NCBI GenBank assembly: GCA_051294375.1
Contig: CM119271.1
Location: forward strand, 2,511,238 to 2,575,237
Reading direction: 5' to 3'
Origin: Paraspadella gotoi
Lineage: Eukaryota; Animalia; Chaetognatha
DNA: 64,000 bases
In this document: positions 63,869 to 64,000 of the stretch, piece by piece
Numbering within the stretch: the stretch's first letter is position 1
Layout: every line of letters starts with the position of its first letter
Notes under the pieces: model-generated
Told to the model about the DNA's origin: nothing
The model's database searches: none
What the model saw: only the letters and a program-made list of their open reading frames with translations
Made by a program: the position numbers and the translations under genes

Positions 63869-64000
63869 GTATCGAAAGTGGGTTGATCATTTGTTTTTAG
63901 TTTCGTTTTGTTTATATATTTGATAGTTTGTATGTATGTTTGAATGTTTCTTGGTTTGGTAACTGGTGGCGTTGTAATGTGTTTTAACTTTTTGGTTATT

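Noticed and set aside
63321-63890. Minus-strand ORFs as a separate antisense gene
   Set aside because: They are explained as the antisense of a GC-rich exon plus the inverted fragment across an N-gap.

Overview
AT-rich, microsatellite-laden animal genomic DNA, probably from an invertebrate, in a noisy draft assembly with many N-gaps (six of exactly 25 N) and indel-rich fill sequence. The window holds the 5' two-thirds of one large plus-strand gene encoding an UNC-5 family netrin receptor. Its exons can be read in order: a putative N-terminal/signal region, Ig1, Ig2, TSP1-1, TSP1-2, an acidic stalk, a missing transmembrane exon that probably lies in the 692-N gap, and low-complexity cytoplasmic exons. 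ZU5/UPA/death domains are not reached. The Ig/TSP1 exon block occurs 2-3 times in tandem (37.8-52.3 kb). The copies differ by structural variants, including a solo LTR with a 5-bp target-site duplication (TSD) and a clean empty site, so they look like distinct haplotypes stitched in series rather than a Dscam-like exon array. Introns contain Penelope-type minimal hammerhead-ribozyme motifs, a TIR/TSD-bounded 1.6-kb insertion and a dispersed repeat family. Nearly all ORFs in the supplied track are microsatellite artefacts. I found no convincing novel multi-gene system.
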